Of a stretch of 12,892 nt of DNA, positions 7,521-12,892 are shown in pieces. Under the pieces are notes generated by a model. The model saw only the letters and a list, made by a program, of their open reading frames with translations. It ran no database searches and was not told the DNA's origin. This stretch comes from a virus (taxonomy: Duplodnaviria > Heunggongvirae > Uroviricota > Caudoviricetes), in IMG/VR virus record IMGVR_UViG_3300024343_000007, positions 64,001 through 76,892 of that record. One strand, 5' to 3'. Position numbers and translations under genes: made by a program. Each line of letters starts with the position of its first letter. Position 1 is the first letter of the stretch.

Positions 7521-8864
7521 ATGCCTTACGCTAATATTACAATAACAGTACAACCTAATTTGAACTTTGTTCTTGGTCAGTACATCCAAGTGATCAATGA
7601 TGAGAATAATTTCTTATATGGTCAAGTGGTTACATATGATTCAATTACAGGAATCTTAGTATTTGAACCAACAAACTATGTTGGTAGTGGTACATATACT
7701 AGTTGGACTGTAATTGGTTCAGGTATACCAGGATCAAGTGGAACATCTGGCACTGATGGTTCTAGTGGAACCAATGGATCTAGTGGAACAAATGGTTCCA
7801 GTGGAACAGATGGTAGCTCAGGAACCAATGGTTCTAGTGGAACTGCTGGAACTTCTGGTCTTTCTGGTACAAGTGGATCTTCTGGTACAGCAGGTCTTTC
7901 TGGAGACTTATACAAAACAACATCAGTTAGTAGCTTAACAATAGGAACTGGTACACAAAACTTAACTGTTGGTACAGGGTTAGCGTACACTGTAGGACAG
8001 GTGGTAGTTATTGCTTATGACATAAGTAATAGTATGGGTGGTGATGTGTTATCATATGACGCAGGTACAGGTGCCATGTCAGTTAGCGTTAGTGCTACTG
8101 CTGGTTCTGGTACATACACAGCATGGCAAGTGAACTTAGGTGGTGCTGCTGGAGGTGATGGTACATCAGGTACTTCTGGTTTGCAAGGTTTGGATGGTAA
8201 CTTAGCTACTTGGAGATTATCTAGTTCTACAAACACAGGAACAGATCCAGGCAGTGGTTTCTTTGCTCTAAGCAGTGGCTTAACTTGGGGTACAACTACA
8301 ACAAGCATTGCTATTGACAACATATCTTATGACCCAGCAATTAACTTCTCATCTTACCTTGACTATTTACAACCTAATACAGTTCTTAAGATAGTTAAGA
8401 ATGATGATAAGAATACATATAAAATATTATTAATTACAGCAAGAGATCCATTGGAGCCTGGCTTTGAGCAATTCTCTGTTTCACAGATTGCTTCTGCAGG
8501 TCCTGATCCAGATGTTAATGATGTATTCTATTTTAACGTTATTGGTGTAAGTGGTAGCTCAGGTACTGCAGGTACTTCAGCATCTGCTGGTACAAGTGGA
8601 CAAGATGCTACATCAGGAACAAATGGTTCATCTGGAACTAGTGGTACATCAGGTTCAAGTGGTACATCAGGTACTGATGGAAGCTCTGGTACTAGTGGAA
8701 CATCTGGTACTAATGGAACGTCTGCGTCAAGTGGATCAAGTGGGACATCTGGCACAAGTGCCTCAGCAGGTACAAGTGCTTCTTCTGGAACTGCAGCAAC
8801 ATCAGGTGAAACAACAATATACTCAGGAACAAGTGGTACAACAGAAACATTACCTCCTGCTTAA
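7521..8864 (+). CDS. Gly-X-Y fibre / adaptor protein, 447 aa, with two copies of the repeated beta module and one unrelated beta domain
   Basis: N-terminal module 7521-7715; G-X-Y 7722-7904; internal module 7905-8138; ~114 aa domain 8199-8540; G-X-Y 8544-8813; ends ...GTSGTTETLPPA. No S74 chaperone. Preceded by a 23-nt A/T-only spacer. Confidence 0.8.
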   Translation: MPYANITITVQPNLNFVLGQYIQVINDENNFLYGQVVTYDSITGILVFEPTNYVGSGTYTSWTVIGSGIPGSSGTSGTDGSSGTNGSSGTNGSSGTDGSSGTNGSSGTAGTSGLSGTSGSSGTAGLSGDLYKTTSVSSLTIGTGTQNLTVGTGLAYTVGQVVVIAYDISNSMGGDVLSYDAGTGAMSVSVSATAGSGTYTAWQVNLGGAAGGDGTSGTSGLQGLDGNLATWRLSSSTNTGTDPGSGFFALSSGLTWGTTTTSIAIDNISYDPAINFSSYLDYLQPNTVLKIVKNDDKNTYKILLITARDPLEPGFEQFSVSQIASAGPDPDVNDVFYFNVIGVSGSSGTAGTSASAGTSGQDATSGTNGSSGTSGTSGSSGTSGTDGSSGTSGTSGTNGTSASSGSSGTSGTSASAGTSASSGTAATSGETTIYSGTSGTTETLPPA

Positions 8865-8873
8865 TAAATATAT

Positions 8874-10193
8874 ATGCCTTACAGTAATATAACATTCAAT
8901 ATCACCACAGGTCGTGCATTCAAAGTGGATGACTTTGTCAAAGTTGCAGCTAATTCAAATAACTACATCACTGGTAGGGTTGTATCTTACAACCCAGCCA
9001 CTGGTGATTTAGTTGTTACTCCATATGAGGCAGTTGGATCAGGTACGTTTAGTAGCTGGACAGCAACCCTCACTGGATACAATGGAAGTGCTGGAACTGC
9101 AGGATCATCTGGTACTACAGGTACAGCTGGAACAAGTGGTTCCTCTGGTACAAATGGTACAACAGGAACTGCTGGAACAACTGGCACAGCTGGAACAGAA
9201 GGCAGTTCAGGATCTACAGGTACAAGTGGCACATCTGCAGAAAGTAATTCTAGTGGATCTTCTGGTACTTCTGCTAGTTCAGGAACAGTTGGTGACTCAG
9301 GATCTACTGGAACATCTGGATCTGCTGGTACAGCAGGTACTTCAGGAACAAGTGGAAGTAGTGCATCAAGTGGAACATCTGGTGCATCAGGTACAAGTGG
9401 TAGTTCAGGAACCTCTGGATCTACTGGTACTGCTGGATCTACTGGTACAACTGGAACCTCTGGATCAAGTGGAGCTACAGGACCTCAAGGACCTATAGGT
9501 CCAACAGGACCTCAAGGAGCAACAGGTGGCAAAGGTGCTTCTGGATCTTCTGGAGCTACTGGTCCTCAAGGTCCAACAGGTCCTGCTGGTGGACAAGGTC
9601 CACCAGGTGCTGCAGGTGCTCCAGGTCCACAAGGACCTCAAGGACCTACTGGAGGGCAAGGCCCAACTGGAGCTACTGGAGCTCAGGGACCAACAGGTAC
9701 ATCTGCTTCATATAATCAAAATTTGAATATTAACGCAGGCCCAACAATGGTTTTTACAAACTTTGCTGGTGCTGTTGCTCCTACAATAAATTATAGAACA
9801 TATTTTAATAACTATAAGCAATTTGTGCAAGGTGCAAATCAAGGTGCAGGTTGGACAGGCTTTGGTCCAGGTTGGTATACTCCTGCATCATTAGGTGCTG
9901 CTAGTTTTTATATTACATCAACTAGAGATACTAAGACTAACATCCAATCATATGCTCCTTCTGCAGTGGATTTATTAAAACAAGTTGATATAGTATCTTA
10001 TAATTTAGAGATAGAACAATGTGATGAGGATAAGAGAATAGGATTTATTGCTGAAAATACTCCTAAAGAATTATCCACTGATTCAAAAAATCAAATGGAA
10101 ATAAGTTGTACCTTAGCATTTGTTTTAAAAGCTATACAAGAGATTGACGCAAGAATTGTAAACCTACAAAATAAGAAGAACAATGCCAGCTAA
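8874..10193 (+). CDS. Collagen-like fibre protein A with C-terminal peptidase S74 intramolecular chaperone, 439 aa
   Basis: N-terminal module 8874-9071; 70 triplets 9075-9704 (first Pro at triplet 46); YNQNLN at 9711; aromatic tip; S-T-R-D-T-K-T-N-I (Ser 9918, Lys 9933 at +5); IGFIAE; terminal heptad helix LKAIQEIDARIVNL. Confidence 0.85.
   Translation: MPYSNITFNITTGRAFKVDDFVKVAANSNNYITGRVVSYNPATGDLVVTPYEAVGSGTFSSWTATLTGYNGSAGTAGSSGTTGTAGTSGSSGTNGTTGTAGTTGTAGTEGSSGSTGTSGTSAESNSSGSSGTSASSGTVGDSGSTGTSGSAGTAGTSGTSGSSASSGTSGASGTSGSSGTSGSTGTAGSTGTTGTSGSSGATGPQGPIGPTGPQGATGGKGASGSSGATGPQGPTGPAGGQGPPGAAGAPGPQGPQGPTGGQGPTGATGAQGPTGTSASYNQNLNINAGPTMVFTNFAGAVAPTINYRTYFNNYKQFVQGANQGAGWTGFGPGWYTPASLGAASFYITSTRDTKTNIQSYAPSAVDLLKQVDIVSYNLEIEQCDEDKRIGFIAENTPKELSTDSKNQMEISCTLAFVLKAIQEIDARIVNLQNKKNNAS
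9918..10190 (+). other. Peptidase S74 / intramolecular chaperone auto-processing domain
   Basis: S-x4-K dyad, K-x-x-I, GFIAE motif and C-terminal coiled coil. Confidence 0.85.
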
Positions 10194-11466
10194 CATGACC
10201 TTTAATATAAATACTGAGCTAGCTTATCAAGCAGGTGATAATGTACAATTAAGCCATGATGCTGATAACTATGTCATTGGTACTGTTGTGTCATATAATA
10301 AAGGAACAGGTTCAATAACAATTACTCCCACTGCTTGGAAAGGTAGTGGTACATATAGCTCTTGGACAGTTAACTTAACTGGTACACCTGGCTCTTCTGG
10401 AACATCTGCTTCTGGAGGTTCATCAGGTAAAGCTGGTGAAAGTGGAAGCTCAGGTAAAGATGGAGCACCTGGTCAATCAGGAAGTTCTGGTAAAGGAGGT
10501 AAGTCAAATACTTCTGGTCAATCAGGAGATGCTGGTAGTGCAGGAACAACAGGTACGTCAGGTACACGTGGTCAATCTGGATCTAGTGGTAAAGCTGGAG
10601 CTCATGGTAGTTCTGGTAATAGTAGAACATCAGGAGCTGCTGGTGGAAAAGGATCAAATGGTAATTCAGGCTCAGCTGGTAACAGTGGTGGCTCAGGATC
10701 AAATGGTACATCTGGATCTGCTGGTGCAAGTGGTGGATCAGGTAAAGCTGGTGCAAGTGGTCCAAGTGGTGGATCAGGAGTAAATGGACCCACAGGTCCT
10801 ACTGGTGGACAAGGGCCAATTGGTCCCACTGGAGCTCAAGGAGCAGGTGGTACATCTGGTGTTAATGGTGCAACAGGAGCACAAGGAGCACAAGGAGCAC
10901 AAGGACCAAGAGGTCCACAAGGTGGCACTGGTCCTCAAGGGGGCACTGGTCCAGGGGGTGCTCAAGGTCCAGCTGGTGCACAAGGCCCTACAGGCTCTCC
11001 AGGTGGACAAGGCCCTCAGACAATTTACAATCAATCACTTAACCAAGGAGATGCTGTTCAATTTAGTAATACAGTTACTCAGAATGAAGCTTATTCTGGT
11101 GGTGGATGGAGAATTCAAAATCAAGCAGCATGTAGTGCTAATCAAGGAGCATATTGGTATAGTAATGGTAACTGGGTTTCTGCTGGCGTAGTAGGTTCTA
11201 GTAACTACTTTGGTACATCTTCATCAATATATAAGACAGATATTAAACCTTATCAAGCATGTGCAGTTGATTTAATAAACACTGTAGATATAGTTGAATA
11301 TGAACTTGAGAATCCAATGTATAATCATGTAAAGTTAGGATTCATTGCAGATGATACAGCTGAAGAATTTGCAGGTCCAAATCATGATAAAATGGATATC
11401 ACTAACAGTATAGGTGTTGCTTTAAAAGCTTTACAGGAACTAAACAAAAAAATAGATAATTTATAA
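10183..11466 (+). CDS. Collagen-like fibre protein B with C-terminal peptidase S74 intramolecular chaperone, 427 aa
   Basis: Overlaps the previous gene by 11 nt (possible translational coupling). MPANMTF start is homologous to MPYSN(I/M)TF. Module 10183-10377; 71 triplets 10381-11019; YNQSLN at 11026; S-S-S-I-Y-K-T-D-I (Ser 11218, Lys 11233); LGFIAD; LKALQELNKKIDNL. Confidence 0.85.
   Translation: MPANMTFNINTELAYQAGDNVQLSHDADNYVIGTVVSYNKGTGSITITPTAWKGSGTYSSWTVNLTGTPGSSGTSASGGSSGKAGESGSSGKDGAPGQSGSSGKGGKSNTSGQSGDAGSAGTTGTSGTRGQSGSSGKAGAHGSSGNSRTSGAAGGKGSNGNSGSAGNSGGSGSNGTSGSAGASGGSGKAGASGPSGGSGVNGPTGPTGGQGPIGPTGAQGAGGTSGVNGATGAQGAQGAQGPRGPQGGTGPQGGTGPGGAQGPAGAQGPTGSPGGQGPQTIYNQSLNQGDAVQFSNTVTQNEAYSGGGWRIQNQAACSANQGAYWYSNGNWVSAGVVGSSNYFGTSSSIYKTDIKPYQACAVDLINTVDIVEYELENPMYNHVKLGFIADDTAEEFAGPNHDKMDITNSIGVALKALQELNKKIDNL
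10876..10905 (+). repeat. Exact 9-bp tandem repeat (ggagcacaa x3; GAQ triplets)
   Basis: Read directly from the sequence. Confidence 0.9.
11218..11463 (+). other. Peptidase S74 / intramolecular chaperone auto-processing domain
   Basis: S-x4-K dyad, GFIAD motif and terminal coiled coil. Confidence 0.85.
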
Positions 11467-11476
11467 AAATAAAGAT

Positions 11477-11845
11477 ATGGTAGTTAATTATAATTTCATA
11501 CTTGATGATTTGCACGTAGCACCAACGTTAGAAGGTCATTCTCAAGTTGTATTGAAGATTAGTTGGTTTCTAGTTGGTACAGCAGTTGATGCTGCAGGTA
11601 ATATACATGAAGAAAGATACTCTGCTACTACTACTATTAAACCTGATGTTGCTCCTGGTGAGTTCATTGCTTTTGAGCAATTAACTCCTCAAGTACTTCA
11701 ATCGTGGGTTGAGATTAGTGAGAATAGAAAGAAAAGAAACATGGCTTGGATAAAAGCTAACATGATAGATAAAAGACTTGAAGATAAAGTGACTCCTAAA
11801 GTCGTTTTAATTAAACCAACTTGGTTACAAAATAACAATCAGTAA
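11477..11845 (+). CDS. Small phage fibre-associated protein, 122 aa (resembles the family I recall as DUF7936)
   Basis: Pattern Y.F.L..L...P...G...VV..ISW...G ... FI.FEQLT...L..WV ... P..W, seen in small proteins encoded beside S74-containing fibre genes. Family name is from memory and unverified. Confidence 0.55.
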   Translation: MVVNYNFILDDLHVAPTLEGHSQVVLKISWFLVGTAVDAAGNIHEERYSATTTIKPDVAPGEFIAFEQLTPQVLQSWVEISENRKKRNMAWIKANMIDKRLEDKVTPKVVLIKPTWLQNNNQ

Positions 11846-11847
11846 TT

Positions 11848-12892
11848 ATGCCATACTCTAATATGACATTTAATGTTAGTACAGGACTTGCGTTCGTTGT
11901 CAATGACTTCGTCCAAGTAAGTTATGATGCTAATAATTATATAATTGGTAGAGTTGTATCTTATGATTCTGGTACTGGTGTATTAGTAATCACTCCATAT
12001 GACTATAAAGGATCTGGATCATATAGTAGTTGGACTGTATCTTTAACAGGATACAATGGAACAGCTGCTACATCAGGTACATCAAGTATCTCAGCAACTG
12101 CTGGTACTGCTGGTACTGCTGGTACTAGTGCTACAGTGGGAACGTCTGGAGAAAGTGATAGTTCTGGTACATCTGGAACAGCTGCAACCTCTGGCACAAG
12201 TGCATCTGCAGGTTCATCTGGAACAGGTGGATCATCAGGAACAGCAGGTGACTCTGCTCAATCTGGTACAACAGGTACGAGTGGTACGAGTGGATCTTCA
12301 GGAACGTCTGCAGAAAGTGGTACGTCTGGATCAAGTGGAACCAATGGTTCTTCTGCTACAACAGGTGCATCAGGTGGAAGTGGTACATCAGGTTCTTCAG
12401 GATCTTCAGCTTCATCAGGAGTTTCTGGAACATCAGGTTCTTCAGGAGTTAATGGTCCCACTGGTTCTACAGGTCCAACAGGAACACAAGGTCCCACTGG
12501 TTCAACAGGATCTAGTGGTGTATCAGGGGTAAATGGACCTACTGGTGCTACAGGTCCACAAGGTCCACAAGGACTTACAGGTTTTCAAGGACCAACTGGA
12601 CCAATAGGTGCAACAGGAGGTCCTGGACCACAAGGACCCACAGGTCCTCAAGGGGCTCAAGGTCCTCAGGGCCCATCAAATAGTAATAACCAATCATTGA
12701 ATGCTAGTAATAATTCAGTTTTTGAAGGAGGTGTAACAACAAGTCAATGGTATACTGCACAAAGATTTTACCAAGGTGGTCATAGAGGAATGATAAGTCC
12801 TTCAACTCCAACCTTTTTTGGAGAAGGATTTGGATGGTATACATTTGCTTCGATAGGATCTACTTATTTCTTCACTGTATCTACAGAAGAAG
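11848..12892 (+). CDS. Collagen-like fibre protein C (3'-truncated by the window; absent from the ORF track)
   Basis: ATG at 11848, two bases after the previous stop, no stop to the window end (348 codons). [44 protein letters not shown]...SWTVSLT module; 70 triplets 12049-12678; NNQSLN at 12685; aromatic tip; ends ...YFFTVSTEE where the S74 Ser is expected (12880). Confidence 0.9.
   Translation, partial: MPYSNMTFNVSTGLAFVVNDFVQVSYDANNYIIGRVVSYDSGTGVLVITPYDYKGSGSYSSWTVSLTGYNGTAATSGTSSISATAGTAGTAGTSATVGTSGESDSSGTSGTAATSGTSASAGSSGTGGSSGTAGDSAQSGTTGTSGTSGSSGTSAESGTSGSSGTNGSSATTGASGGSGTSGSSGSSASSGVSGTSGSSGVNGPTGSTGPTGTQGPTGSTGSSGVSGVNGPTGATGPQGPQGLTGFQGPTGPIGATGGPGPQGPTGPQGAQGPQGPSNSNNQSLNASNNSVFEGGVTTSQWYTAQRFYQGGHRGMISPSTPTFFGEGFGWYTFASIGSTYFFTVSTEE
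12097..12126 (+). repeat. Exact 9-bp tandem repeat (actgctggt x3)
   Basis: Read directly from the sequence. Confidence 0.9.

Noticed and set aside
8859-8876. In-frame read-through fusing the 447 aa and 439 aa genes
   Set aside because: Two consecutive TAA codons, and the downstream gene has its own start context (aataaatata-ATGCCTTAC) matching that of the 7521 gene. Kept only as a hint of ancestral fusion.
5042-12532. Many alternative-frame and antisense ORFs (VPEVPLVP-, LVQVEQ-type; e.g. 6339-7199 minus, 6416-7177 plus)
   Set aside because: They are shadows of the GGN-ACN-TCN repeat, which rarely creates stops in other frames. They coincide with the repeat blocks and have no independent domains.
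9711-12892. Diversity-generating retroelement acting on the fibre tips
   Set aside because: No reverse transcriptase in the window and no near-identical template/variable repeat pair differing at adenines. Cannot be excluded elsewhere in the genome.
4912-12892. Eukaryotic mucin/collagen or giant-virus collagen origin
   Set aside because: Intronless, tightly packed operon with overlapping genes, S74 chaperones, no signal peptides and a bacterial promoter all point to a bacteriophage.

Overview
AT-rich, all-plus-strand structural module of a tailed dsDNA phage, most likely infecting Bacteroidota (TTG-N18-TAnnTTTG promoter, no Shine-Dalgarno sites, A/T-rich start contexts) and loosely crAss-like in gene style. 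It contains: (1) a giant cysteine-free virion/ejection-type protein, open to the left window edge, with a zincin-like EExxH motif and an intact RecB-family PD-(D/E)xK nuclease motif set; (2) a promoter and hairpin; (3) an operon of five Gly-X-Y fibre genes plus one small fibre-associated gene. The last fibre gene (11848 onward) runs off the window and is missing from the ORF track. Main observations, all counted by hand: the three S74-type fibre paralogues have shafts of 70, 71 and 70 triplets that switch from Pro-poor G-T/S-S/T to Pro-rich collagen at about triplet 45-46, and one shaft is basic while the other two are acidic (possible heterotrimer). A ~65-80 aa beta module occurs six times in long internal and short N-terminal forms (possible branched or strand-complemented docking). 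The trinucleotide CCG/CGG was not found anywhere in 12.9 kb. No database search was possible, so family names come from motif recognition only.
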